Below are positions 27,353-37,440 of a DNA stretch of 64,000 nt, one piece after another. A program made the position numbers and the translations under genes. Source of the DNA: Candidatus Micrarchaeota archaeon (GTDB lineage Archaea > Micrarchaeota > Micrarchaeia > Anstonellales > Bilamarchaeaceae); assembly GCA_038046765.1 (NCBI GenBank), contig JBBSVN010000012.1, positions 57,025 through 121,024 of the forward strand. The letters are read 5' to 3'. The notes beneath the pieces are model-generated. The model was not told where the DNA came from, searched no databases, and saw only the letters and a list, made by a program, of their open reading frames with translations. Each line of letters opens with the position of its first letter. Within the stretch, counting starts at the first letter, position 1.

Positions 27353-28325
27353 AGACTATCGCCTCAATTTCTTCCCAGGACGGGAACCCTATAAATGTTT
27401 TCGCTCCTTTAGATTCAATAAAGTCCATCAGATTCTTCAGACTTTGGTCGGTTATCCCAAACCGATACCTTACTTTTAAGAGTTGTTCATATTGGACTTT
27501 GTTTTTTAATATCAAACCGCATACATATGCTAAGCTCCTAACATCAAGCCATTTTTGAGGAATGTTGCCTACAGATAAAGTTAGTATATGAATTATTACA
27601 TTCTCTATCTTAGGTTTAATGTTCGTATAATAATTATTTTTTGTTCTTATCAAGTTTACACCATATTTAGATAATAAATTGTATGCAGTCAAATAGTAAT
27701 TTTGGGGATGAATTTCCTCTTTGGTTACAAGGAGAATTTCCCATTTTGTTGGCCCCTTACATATATTGAAGGAGTTTGTAAAACCCATTTCTTTTTTTGC
27801 ATATTCTAAATGTATTATATATAATAAAGAGGTGCAAAAAAGCGAGAGAGGTTCAATCTCATTACGCAGCTGGTAGATCCCTTTTCTTTTCATAAATACA
27901 ATTCCCAAACCCCTTAATCTTTTAATAATTCTTTTTGCACTGGCAGGAGCTAGCTCAGTATCCTTGATTTTAAATTCGACCATATTTCCGTTTTGCTTTA
28001 GATTAAAGTAGCTGATTATATATGGCATTTTTCCAATTAGAGAAGAATAGATTACCTCATCAATATTCGAGTTATTTAAAGTAGTGTCCTGAAGCAGCGG
28101 ATTTCTTATTTTGTTATATTCAGAAAAAAAATATTGAGATATTGAAACCTTATTTTCTTTGCCTATTTTTTTTATTGCTATCAAGCCAAAAGAGTATAAA
28201 TCTCTAATATATTTACTTAAATTGGTTTTCTTTAGATTTAACTCTAAACCTAGCTCAGATTGACCAAGCTCCTGCTTTTGCATAATTTTTTTAAGTAATT
28301 TAACATGTGTTGGTTTTAGAAACAT
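27345..28325 (-). CDS. Winged-HTH protein, partner of the downstream nucleotidyltransferase
   Basis: N-terminal QSELGLELNLKKTNLSKYIRDL wHTH and a second HTH-like segment; overlaps the NTase gene by 8 nt. Confidence 0.65.
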   Translation of the reverse strand: MFLKPTHVKLLKKIMQKQELGQSELGLELNLKKTNLSKYIRDLYSFGLIAIKKIGKENKVSISQYFFSEYNKIRNPLLQDTTLNNSNIDEVIYSSLIGKMPYIISYFNLKQNGNMVEFKIKDTELAPASAKRIIKRLRGLGIVFMKRKGIYQLRNEIEPLSLFCTSLLYIIHLEYAKKEMGFTNSFNICKGPTKWEILLVTKEEIHPQNYYLTAYNLLSKYGVNLIRTKNNYYTNIKPKIENVIIHILTLSVGNIPQKWLDVRSLAYVCGLILKNKVQYEQLLKVRYRFGITDQSLKNLMDFIESKGAKTFIGFPSWEEIEAIVYG

Positions 28326-28444
28326 AGTATCAATTAATATAACTATATTAATATAAAGTTATGTTTTTTGATACTATAAATTTTCTTCTTCTTTAGATGC
28401 TCAACTGTTTTTATTTGCCTATTTCATGAGTCTAGGGTATCTTC

Positions 28445-29992
28445 TTATTCGATCAATTCTACAATCGCTTTTTGCTGTCGTTCGCTTGCTGTAACGCGGA
28501 ATCGTATATGCTTAAAAGTTGTATTATTTCCTATTCCAGCCCTTGCCTTTATTTTAGCTAGAGTTTCAAGATCAAATTCTCTTTGTACAATAAGCAATTT
28601 TCCAGTCTCTGCTAGAAGTCCTTTCCAATGCTCTGCTGCATCATCATCGTGCTTTTCTCCACCTACTTCAGATAATACTCTTGCATTGTTGATATAAGGA
28701 TAAATAATCGATCGTCTGCCTTCTGAAACAAAATCTGAAGGATAAAAAACAATATAATTACTGTGTGTTTCATTAAATCTTATTAATTCTTCAACCTCGA
28801 ATCGATGTATCAGTACAACTATCCCTCCACACTCAAAAATTCCGCTCTTTCCTTTAACATATTCTGCACGAAATAACAGATCTTTAGGGTTCGAAAAATC
28901 GTAAAAATCTGTATTGATGTTTACATCTGCAATCTGCAGAATTGTAACTTGCGGTTCGCCGTTTTCTTCAATTATCGCAAATTCAATATACTGTGGTTTT
29001 CCAATCAAATTTTCCAGTTTTTTTAGTTTTTCAAATAACCAGACTAAATTTTTTTCCTGTATTGCATTGTCTGGTACATCTATCTCTGATACTCCCCCAT
29101 ATTTTAAATTAATCGCCTCTCCTTTTTTATCATCCCTAGTTTTCAGGATTATTCTTTTAAGTTTTCGTAATTCATCTTCCTCAATTTTTTTCATTGATTT
29201 ACTAACTGTTTTTAGTCCTAAACCCGGGCATATTTTTACGTAACCTTTACCTTGCGAAGTTGAAGTGTATGCTAATCCACCATATGCTGGTGCAAAATAA
29301 TTTTTTTCAAAATCCCCTGGTTTTGTTTCTGGTCTTTCTGAATAATCCTTCCAGAAATCATCTTCTCTTGCTTGACCATAAACTGGTTCAATAATTATTG
29401 CCATTCCTTCTGCTAAACCCTTATCTTTTCTAAAAGTAATCGCATCTAAAGAAAATTCGCTTTCTAAAACGTTCTTAATTGAATCAACTAGGCTCTTTAT
29501 TTCCCATCTCTCAAACTCGTCGTTATATTTCTTTAATAAAGGTATGCAAAATTCGCTTTGATATGTTCCGGTTCCTCGTGAATCCCCGTAAGCAGATGAT
29601 CTGACTGCAACAGGTGTTCCTTTGAATTTCTCATCTAAAGAATTTATTATCGCCAATTCTTGTTCGTTAAAAGTTCCGTTTCTAATCAGTTGCTGAATTT
29701 CATTCGGACTAGCGCCTTGAGCTACTGCTGCGTTTATTCCATTTCGTTCTTTAAATCCTTCAAAAAACCCCATTGCTAGAACAGTTCTTGGATTCGCTAC
29801 AAAACCCGCTTGAATTATTGCCCAGGTTTTTCTCATTAGTTCTTCTGCCTTATCTCCGATTGAACCCGAACCAATAATTGTCCAATATTTTTCATTAAGC
29901 TTGGCTACTTGCGTTTGCCTGGCTACTAAAAGGTTTCTAAAATTTGAGCGATCTGTTGCTACTATTTGTTGTACTAATCTAGAATTAGACAT
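28445..29992 (-). CDS. PEP synthase/PPDK N-terminal (ATP-grasp) domain protein
   Basis: GSIGDKA, PVAVRSSAYGD..GTYQS, MAIIIEP, QYIEFAI..ILQI; no phospho-His (TSHAA) motif. Confidence 0.7.
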   Translation of the reverse strand: MSNSRLVQQIVATDRSNFRNLLVARQTQVAKLNEKYWTIIGSGSIGDKAEELMRKTWAIIQAGFVANPRTVLAMGFFEGFKERNGINAAVAQGASPNEIQQLIRNGTFNEQELAIINSLDEKFKGTPVAVRSSAYGDSRGTGTYQSEFCIPLLKKYNDEFERWEIKSLVDSIKNVLESEFSLDAITFRKDKGLAEGMAIIIEPVYGQAREDDFWKDYSERPETKPGDFEKNYFAPAYGGLAYTSTSQGKGYVKICPGLGLKTVSKSMKKIEEDELRKLKRIILKTRDDKKGEAINLKYGGVSEIDVPDNAIQEKNLVWLFEKLKKLENLIGKPQYIEFAIIEENGEPQVTILQIADVNINTDFYDFSNPKDLLFRAEYVKGKSGIFECGGIVVLIHRFEVEELIRFNETHSNYIVFYPSDFVSEGRRSIIYPYINNARVLSEVGGEKHDDDAAEHWKGLLAETGKLLIVQREFDLETLAKIKARAGIGNNTTFKHIRFRVTASERQQKAIVELIE

Positions 29993-30113
29993 GTAATTAA
30001 TTTTCTTAGGAATAATTTATAAAGTTGTATGGAAGTGCATCTTATGTAAATTAATCTCCAAAACATAGTTTTAAATACACGTTTGTGCACATTTGTTATA
30101 CAATGGTGAAACT

Positions 30114-30407
30114 ATGGAATTTGTAAGTTTTAGAGCAGAAAAAGAACTAAAAATGCAACTAGAATTACTTGCTACTATGGAAAATAAAAATAAATCTGAT
30201 GAATATAGAGAAATTTTTCTCTTAGGTATGCAGGAAAAAAAGAAAGAAGTGTCCGTTAGAAAATACCGGTTGGGGGAGCTTAGCTTAGGTAAAGCATCTG
30301 AACTATCTGGTTTAACAAACTGGGAATTTCTACAGCTTTTAAGAGAGAAAAAAGTTCCTTTAAATCTTACAAAAGAAGAAGTTTTGGAAGGTGTTGAAAA
30401 TTTATGA
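30114..30407 (+). CDS. UPF0175 family putative antitoxin
   Basis: YRLGELSLGKASELSGLTNWEFLQLL; overlaps the PIN gene (ATGA). Confidence 0.85.
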   Translation: MEFVSFRAEKELKMQLELLATMENKNKSDEYREIFLLGMQEKKKEVSVRKYRLGELSLGKASELSGLTNWEFLQLLREKKVPLNLTKEEVLEGVENL

Positions 30408-30877
30408 AAGCAGTGATCGATTCAGTGTCATTAATTTTTCTTCTTAAAATTCCGAAGCTTGAGGAATTGCTTAATACTTATGTGAACGAATTATTTGTTA
30501 CCGATGAAGTCTGGCACGAAGTCTTTGAAAGCAAAATTTCTCATGAACTTAACCCAATATCCCAATTAAATTTAAAAGTTAAAAGAAAAAATCCACGGCA
30601 AAAAATCAAAACGAATCTTGGCGCCGGCGAATTATCTTCAATTTCCCTTGCCCTAGAAGAAAGAATATTTTTTTTATCTGATGATCGAAAAGCAATTTTA
30701 TTTGCCAAAAGTCTAAATTTAAATACAGCTACGACCTTATCTGTCCTAATCAGATCTAAGAAAGATAAACTAATTGATGGGGGGGAAGCTAAAAAAATCC
30801 TTTTCGAACTTGTAGAAAAAGGTTTTTACATTAGTTCGGAACTCTTTGTCGAAGTTCTCAAAATTTTAGAAAGTTAA
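30404..30877 (+). CDS. PIN-domain (VapC/DUF3368-like) toxin
   Basis: VIDSVSLI, VWHE, LGAGELSSISLA, LSDDRKA, GFYIS. Confidence 0.85.
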   Translation: MKAVIDSVSLIFLLKIPKLEELLNTYVNELFVTDEVWHEVFESKISHELNPISQLNLKVKRKNPRQKIKTNLGAGELSSISLALEERIFFLSDDRKAILFAKSLNLNTATTLSVLIRSKKDKLIDGGEAKKILFELVEKGFYISSELFVEVLKILES

Positions 30878-30881
30878 TCTT

Positions 30882-33800
30882 TTAAACAAAATCCGCAAGT
30901 CCAAGTTGTCTGCTTTTTTCATCTTCGAAAATACTTCGTATTTCCTTTTTAACTAGAAGTAGTCTTTGCTTTAAATAATCCGGTAATTCGTAATCTGCAA
31001 TAATCTTTTCTGAAATTTCTAAGTATTTTTCAATTCCTCCCTTATTTATTGTTAAAATAAGATTTCCTCCACAGAAATTGCATTTGCCCGATAACGGGAC
31101 GCGTCTTAAACTTTCATTACAACTAGTGCATCTAAATGTTTGCCTTGAAAATGATCTTAAATTACCATATAAATCTGGTATAAAATGGCTAAGGATTAAT
31201 CTTTCAGCAGCATTCTTCGCATCTACTGCCCTTATTTTTCCCTGTAATTTAAATTGCGTGGTTATCTTATCAGCCATATTATCAAATGTTACATAAGCCG
31301 TTCGTAAATTTCCTTTATCTATATATCCGCCCGTATGCGTAAGCTGAATTTCAAATTGCTCGGGGGTTCCAAGTAAGTCCTTTACTGTTTTTAATTTTAC
31401 TTCTGTTGGAGGTGTATACTTTAGTGTTGCCTCATAAAATTCTTTTGGATAAGAATTCACTACTTCAATACAGTGCGCTTCATCATCAACTTCTTTTGGG
31501 TCTAACTGAGGTGTTAAAACTAATGGCGCGTCCATTGTCCCCCCTCTTCGCTCAGTTAAATAATGCCTTGAAAAATTAATCAGGGTGTCCATAAGAAGCA
31601 TGACTGAGTCTTCATCACCATCACATTGATAAGTAGTTATTCCAGAACAAATAAGACTGTGGTACTTTTCTACCGTTACATTGTAAACAAATTTATCTTG
31701 GTTTTTGATCGTTTTTCTCTCAATAACCTGATCAATAAAAGTGTCTCCTAAATATTCTGTCCTAGATCCTTTTCTTTTTGTTTCCCACTTCTCCAAAAGT
31801 TTTTGCGCTTTTTCTTGCTTTAAACCAGAAAATCCTATGTTATCAATAAATTTTTTAGCTTCACTAGAATAAATTCTTATCTTATATGAATGAATATATT
31901 TGGGTCTGCCATAAAACTTTATAATCAGAGAACTTTTTACGTATCTATCTTCTTCATAAATCGAATGCTTAATTCCAAAGAAATTTAGCAAAATGGAAAC
32001 TCCATCTATCAGTTCCTTATTTATAGAAGTTACATTCACCTCCAGGGTATTGCCTAAAGAACAAGAACCATCTCCCGTGAAGTAACCTTTTAGCAGTGCA
32101 ATCACTTTTTTATTTGGCAAAGAATAGACAAAATCAGGTATTTTTTTAGTTTTTGCATTTCTACCTATTTTTAACTTTTCAAAGAGTTCGTAAATATATC
32201 TTGAACAAATTGTTATATGTGTTTTATTTACATGAGGTTTAATTCCAAAAACTTTCTCAATTTTTTCTTTTATTATATCTACTGCCCATTCTTTGGTAGC
32301 TGTCAAAGAAACCTGATAACAATCTATCTGCTTATTTTTAGTAAACCCCTCCGCTAAATAAAATCCGATTAAATAGAAGAAATCCTCATCAAGCTTTATT
32401 GTTGGCTTTAACAGAACCTTATCCCTCTTACTACCTAATATATATTTTTTACTCGCCAGTATGTCTGCTCTAAATTCTTTTACCAATTCCAACGGATAAG
32501 ATTTTCTATATATATAATTAGTGAAAGTTTTGTAATTTAATCCAAAACTTCTACTTATTTGAGATAATTCTCCCTCTTCATTGAATAATTTCTCATCTGT
32601 TCTTATCATTGCATCTGTAATATTCAAACTAGAAATAAGTTCCATGTCTTCCCTATCTATAATTTCCCTTTGCAAATTCCAAGGAATTATTAGTTCTTCA
32701 ACTTCATTCGCGCTTACTTTTTCTCCTTTTGAATTCGGAAATTTATGGTCTGGCGTTACCGTTATTCTTCTGCCAGATTTTGTTTTTAACTTTACTAAAT
32801 TTTCTGGTGCAATATGTTTTGAAACATGCGTAATATTACATAATTCAAATTTTTTCATTTTCTTGTTCCAAGCATATGTCTTTACTCCTTCTACTAGTTT
32901 ATATTGAGTCCCAAAATCATCTATTTCTGTTTTTCCGACTAAATTACTTTCTACAAAATCCATTATTTTCGTAAGTTCTAGTGATCCGTTTCGCTCGACC
33001 AAAATTTTTTCTTTTCCATCAAAACAATTTCTCCTTCGCGCTGATATCAAATAAGGATGAGCATAAGATAAATTTGCCTTTGTAAAACCTACAATTCTGC
33101 AAAGAACTGCCGCGCTAGTGTGTGGCGAAAGACAAGCAGTTAGTTGTCCTATTAAGTCCTGTTTTGTTAATGCATTATAAAACGGCGCAAGCCCGTAAAC
33201 GTTTACTAATAAATCATCGATAAATTTTGCAGCCTGTAAGAAATATTCTCCATTCGCTTCTGGTATTACAATGTCCTGTATTTTAAGTGAAACAAGTTGG
33301 TTTTCGTTAGTTAATTCATTTCCATAATAATCTTTCAAATAGCCTAAACTTCTTAGTTTTGCAATACTAACCTGTGCTTCACTTGGTTTAAAATGAGTTA
33401 AAGGGACGTTACTGGCATCAAAGCGCATTGTTCCATCACGAAATACATAAACCCCATATTTCGCCCTTAAAAATCCTTTTTCTAAAAGTTCGGGCGTACG
33501 CTCTAAATTAGATAACCCCTTTATTCCCTTTACATCCTCAACGCTTATGTCTAGTTTTTTCTTTATTGAATCATAAAGTTCGATCATATCTATGGGTTTT
33601 TTTTCAAAGCATACTGTTTCCTTATCACAGTGTATTTTCATGTTAACTGGGTTGCCGCATACAACGCATTTTTTTTCAATAATTGTTTCGCCCTTACAAA
33701 TTTCGCATGTAGATAAAAATGTAAGTTTTTTACAACTCGTACATCTTCTGTTTACAAGTTCAAGGTTAACTGTTCGTTCATCCCTACCACGAAGAGTTTT

Positions 33801-35642
33801 GTATATTTTTGTTATGCTTCTGTTTTTTTGTGATCCTGTCGGGAATAGAACGTTTGGTGAGCCATCCATCTTTCTTTCTTTTCCCTTTTCAGGCCTTCCC
33901 ATTCTTGCGCCAATATAAGATGGTGATTTAATTCTCATCGTTATACCGCTGGTTTTAGATAAAATTTCCATAACGAGGCCGCTTGGGCTAATCGTAATTG
34001 CATCATCAAATGTTATCTGATTTTCACTAGTTTTTATTATTCCAAGACTAGCGAGTATCGCATATCCATATTCTTTCTCAACTATTATTTTGTTATCCAC
34101 TACACGGTGTTCTATAAGCAAGTCTTCTAATATTGGCTTTGCGTCAAGGTTTTCAAAAACTATTTGTGTTATATTTTCATTGTCTTTATCTACTCTTGCC
34201 TTTTTACATTCTAGATAAAACATTTGTAATTGTTCTATGGTAATTTCATTCCACTCGTAAGTATAATCTGGGTGAAGGGGTAATTTATGTGCTAGACAAA
34301 ATTCAAAAGCAGACTTGGCATCAAATATGCTTGGCATATTAATCCCTATTGCTTCGCATTCTTTTAGGAACCATTCTACGCACCAGCTCGAGGGCATAAG
34401 TGGCATATTCGCCTTAAGAAAATCACCATAAGGAACTAACATGTCCCCAAGAGAAAGAATCTCTGCAACATCTTTGTTTATTGCATATGCCATTTCAACT
34501 GTTTTTACTTTTACCACATCTCCATTTTTCATTTTTACTATTGGCGGTTCCATTTCTTCATACCCAGTTACTACACATCCTTTTCCTGGATATTCTATTT
34601 TCATGTGTGTCCCATATGCTAAAAAATTATCCAGGATAATCATTGTTGCTGGATGGACATTTTTTGCCATTAAGCTGTTTGTTTTGCTTTTTCCATAGCG
34701 CAACTTGAATCCGCCTTTTCTAGAAGGATAAGAAAATACTGGTCTGCCGGCAACTAAACCATCAAGATAAGTTTCATCCTTTTTAAGGTTCTTTTCTTCT
34801 TTATTGTCCTTTTTGAGTTTGATTAGTTTTTCTAAAAAATCCCATCCAAGTTTTAGTTTTTTTGTATACTTGAAAACTTTTGCTGCTTTTTGCGCAATTC
34901 CCTCGCATATAACTAACGGAGTTCCTCCTCGAATTCTGTTTGTTTCAACTCCTGGGACATTTCTAAATGCGCTAACTTCTATTTCTTCAGTAGGATCGCC
35001 ATCTATGCAAACCGGGCAGTTTTTAAGTATGTGTCTTATATCTTCTTCGCTTGGTTTATACTGCAAGTGTGCAACTCGTGATTCGTACATATTTATTTCT
35101 TCAAGATATCTTTCAATCTGAGTATCTGTTGCCCTATAATCCGCAAGCTTTAATACTCGCCTTGCAATATCTGCTAAAACAACGCTTAATGCAACTGCTG
35201 TGCCTCCTGCGCTTCTAATTGGTCCGGAGTAATAAACTGCGACAAAGTCGCTTCCGTCTGGATTACTTTTTATGCGAACTTTCGCAATTCCTTCGGTAGG
35301 CGCAACCAAAACCCCTTCAGTTAATATTCCTAGACCTGTTCGTACTGCCTGCTCGATTAATTCTTCAGGTGTTCCGCGGATTATTTCTCCAGCAGCTATT
35401 TTTCTAGCTATCTCAAAAGAAATATCCTCTCTTGCCATTCCGTTTTTTTCCATATTTCGGATTGTTTCGGCAACTCCCTTTGGTCCGACAATATTTTCTA
35501 CTCTTGCTGCTACGTCCTTAGCAATTTTTACTTCAACTTCACGTTCAGGATCAAAACCTTTCTTACGGGCTTCGCTGGCGTAAGCGTAAGAACGTTGAAG
35601 TTCGTTTTTTAACATTTCAAAATAAGCTTCTATTTCGGACAT
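30882..35642 (-). CDS. polC: DNA polymerase D large subunit DP2, intein-containing
   Basis: ILTEGVLVAP, GPIRSAGGT, RMGRPEK, FRDGTMRFD, catalytic RRRN/CDGDED, Zn fingers, FIPDLYGNLRSF. Confidence 0.97.
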   Translation of the reverse strand: MSEIEAYFEMLKNELQRSYAYASEARKKGFDPEREVEVKIAKDVAARVENIVGPKGVAETIRNMEKNGMAREDISFEIARKIAAGEIIRGTPEELIEQAVRTGLGILTEGVLVAPTEGIAKVRIKSNPDGSDFVAVYYSGPIRSAGGTAVALSVVLADIARRVLKLADYRATDTQIERYLEEINMYESRVAHLQYKPSEEDIRHILKNCPVCIDGDPTEEIEVSAFRNVPGVETNRIRGGTPLVICEGIAQKAAKVFKYTKKLKLGWDFLEKLIKLKKDNKEEKNLKKDETYLDGLVAGRPVFSYPSRKGGFKLRYGKSKTNSLMAKNVHPATMIILDNFLAYGTHMKIEYPGKGCVVTGYEEMEPPIVKMKNGDVVKVKTVEMAYAINKDVAEILSLGDMLVPYGDFLKANMPLMPSSWCVEWFLKECEAIGINMPSIFDAKSAFEFCLAHKLPLHPDYTYEWNEITIEQLQMFYLECKKARVDKDNENITQIVFENLDAKPILEDLLIEHRVVDNKIIVEKEYGYAILASLGIIKTSENQITFDDAITISPSGLVMEILSKTSGITMRIKSPSYIGARMGRPEKGKERKMDGSPNVLFPTGSQKNRSITKIYKTLRGRDERTVNLELVNRRCTSCKKLTFLSTCEICKGETIIEKKCVVCGNPVNMKIHCDKETVCFEKKPIDMIELYDSIKKKLDISVEDVKGIKGLSNLERTPELLEKGFLRAKYGVYVFRDGTMRFDASNVPLTHFKPSEAQVSIAKLRSLGYLKDYYGNELTNENQLVSLKIQDIVIPEANGEYFLQAAKFIDDLLVNVYGLAPFYNALTKQDLIGQLTACLSPHTSAAVLCRIVGFTKANLSYAHPYLISARRRNCFDGKEKILVERNGSLELTKIMDFVESNLVGKTEIDDFGTQYKLVEGVKTYAWNKKMKKFELCNITHVSKHIAPENLVKLKTKSGRRITVTPDHKFPNSKGEKVSANEVEELIIPWNLQREIIDREDMELISSLNITDAMIRTDEKLFNEEGELSQISRSFGLNYKTFTNYIYRKSYPLELVKEFRADILASKKYILGSKRDKVLLKPTIKLDEDFFYLIGFYLAEGFTKNKQIDCYQVSLTATKEWAVDIIKEKIEKVFGIKPHVNKTHITICSRYIYELFEKLKIGRNAKTKKIPDFVYSLPNKKVIALLKGYFTGDGSCSLGNTLEVNVTSINKELIDGVSILLNFFGIKHSIYEEDRYVKSSLIIKFYGRPKYIHSYKIRIYSSEAKKFIDNIGFSGLKQEKAQKLLEKWETKRKGSRTEYLGDTFIDQVIERKTIKNQDKFVYNVTVEKYHSLICSGITTYQCDGDEDSVMLLMDTLINFSRHYLTERRGGTMDAPLVLTPQLDPKEVDDEAHCIEVVNSYPKEFYEATLKYTPPTEVKLKTVKDLLGTPEQFEIQLTHTGGYIDKGNLRTAYVTFDNMADKITTQFKLQGKIRAVDAKNAAERLILSHFIPDLYGNLRSFSRQTFRCTSCNESLRRVPLSGKCNFCGGNLILTINKGGIEKYLEISEKIIADYELPDYLKQRLLLVKKEIRSIFEDEKSRQLGLADFV
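31626..33026 (-). mobile_element. Intein (467 aa) with LAGLIDADG homing endonuclease in the DP2 active-site motif
   Basis: Inserted in RRRN|CDGDED; starts CFDGKEKI; block B ITVTPDHKF; LAGLIDADG motifs LIGFYLAEG and LKGYFTGDG; block F FVYNVTV; ends TTYQ before Cys+1. Confidence 0.93.
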
Positions 35643-35748
35643 AAAATTCGTATTAACTATTATACTTAAAAATTAATAAAAAACAAACTGATTTAGCAAA
35701 AAGCTAAGGTCGTCAAGCTTTTTAAGTATTGCTTGTTCAAATAAAAAA

Positions 35749-37371
35749 ATGACCTCATTTCTCAAACAAATTGGATTTCCAATAGTTGCATTTATGGTCG
35801 TCATCGCCGCTTTATACATTGGTGTTTCAACTTTTACTACTCCTTCTGTTAATGAAGCTTTGAAAAATAATTCTAATCTTACAGTAGTAAAACCCTTAGA
35901 TCCACTACAAAAAAGCACTAACAATCAGGTAGATGAAAAAGTAGTTCAAAAACTAATTGGTGCAAATGCAATTACTGTTGATACTTCAAAGCAGTACCAA
36001 AAAATGCTTGGATTTGGTGGTTTTATTTCTAGGTTTGATGAACCACATATGCTTTATGGACAAGGACAAGGAAATCCAAAAGATATTGTTCCAGAACAAG
36101 AAAAAGAAAAAATACTAGATGATGTTTATTCTGACCTATATCTAAACTCGATTACGCTTGGCATTGGACCAAGGGCAAGTCCCAGTTACAACTGGCTTAG
36201 TTCCTGGGAGTTACAAAATGACAATAACGATCCACAAACTATAAATTGGAATGCTCTTAGATTCAATCGTAACTATTATGATAACTTATTCAAAACCATA
36301 CAAAATGCAGAAAAAAAGATAACTGGTCGGGGCGATAAGTTAACCTTAATTTTTAAGCATTCCTGGGGCGTTGAGAACTGGCTTTCAAATGAAGGTGGAA
36401 ATACGGTAATAAAGCCAGCATTAGAAGAGGAATATGCGGAAAATCTGGTAATATTTATTTTGTGGATAAAAAATACCTATGGTCTTGAAGCTGATTATAT
36501 CGTACCAATGAACGAACCAGATGGAGCTGGCGGTATGGGTTATGAGCAATATGCAAGGATAATTAAATACCTTGGTCCGATGCTTGAAAAATATAATCTT
36601 TCAACTAAAATTTCCGGTCCTGAAACATATCTGCCAAGTACAGCACCTAGGTATCTTAAAGCAATTGCTGCTGATCCGCAGGCAGCAAAATACCTAAAAC
36701 TGATAAGTTTCCATGGCTATGATCGAGATTTATCTGTAAATATTCATGGGGACGCTAATGCAAGAAAGGAAATTGCGAACTATGCCAAAATACTTGGAGC
36801 TGATGTAATCCAAGGAGAATTAAGCGCGTGCTGCAAAGAAAATCAAAAAACTTTTTGGAATAACAAATATACTCAGGCGATGGCATGGGCAAATGATTTT
36901 TACTTTGATATTACAAATGCAAACGCCGGCGCAGTTGATATGCAGTTATCATTTTGGCAGATTGATGACCCAAGTGCTTATGTTTTAATAAAATATGATC
37001 AAAACAAAAATTACCTTGGATATGAAAAGGCTAAATTCTATTATGTTCTTGGACAATTTATAAATTACATAAAGCCAGGTATGGTAAGGATAGATGCAAA
37101 ATCAGGCGATGAAAAAGTTTTGGTTAGTGCATACCAAGATAGGCAAACTAAGCAAGTTGTAATCGTTGCAATAAATAATGCAAAAGAAACAAAGAACTTT
37201 AAAATTGGTTTTGTGCAAAGTGCTAACTCCCCAAATCAAATTAGCGTAATTCGTTCATCAGAAACTGAAAATTGGATTGATCTTGGTTTAGTCTCTAAGA
37301 ATAAAGATGGAATCTTTGAAGTTACGCTTGCGCCATCAAGTGTGACGACTTATAGTGGAATTGGGAAGTAG
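35749..37371 (+). CDS. Membrane-anchored glycoside hydrolase, GH30-like (clan GH-A)
   Basis: N-terminal TM; YQKMLGFGG, PMNEPD (acid/base), ISFHGY, IQGELS (nucleophile), GQFINYIKPGMVR; C-terminal beta-sandwich ending APSSVTT. Confidence 0.85.
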   Translation: MTSFLKQIGFPIVAFMVVIAALYIGVSTFTTPSVNEALKNNSNLTVVKPLDPLQKSTNNQVDEKVVQKLIGANAITVDTSKQYQKMLGFGGFISRFDEPHMLYGQGQGNPKDIVPEQEKEKILDDVYSDLYLNSITLGIGPRASPSYNWLSSWELQNDNNDPQTINWNALRFNRNYYDNLFKTIQNAEKKITGRGDKLTLIFKHSWGVENWLSNEGGNTVIKPALEEEYAENLVIFILWIKNTYGLEADYIVPMNEPDGAGGMGYEQYARIIKYLGPMLEKYNLSTKISGPETYLPSTAPRYLKAIAADPQAAKYLKLISFHGYDRDLSVNIHGDANARKEIANYAKILGADVIQGELSACCKENQKTFWNNKYTQAMAWANDFYFDITNANAGAVDMQLSFWQIDDPSAYVLIKYDQNKNYLGYEKAKFYYVLGQFINYIKPGMVRIDAKSGDEKVLVSAYQDRQTKQVVIVAINNAKETKNFKIGFVQSANSPNQISVIRSSETENWIDLGLVSKNKDGIFEVTLAPSSVTTYSGIGK

Positions 37372-37440
37372 CTCAATGCAATTATTACTATTTTTACTCT
37401 TTCTATAACATTTATAAACTGTTCCAAACAGATTAATTAT

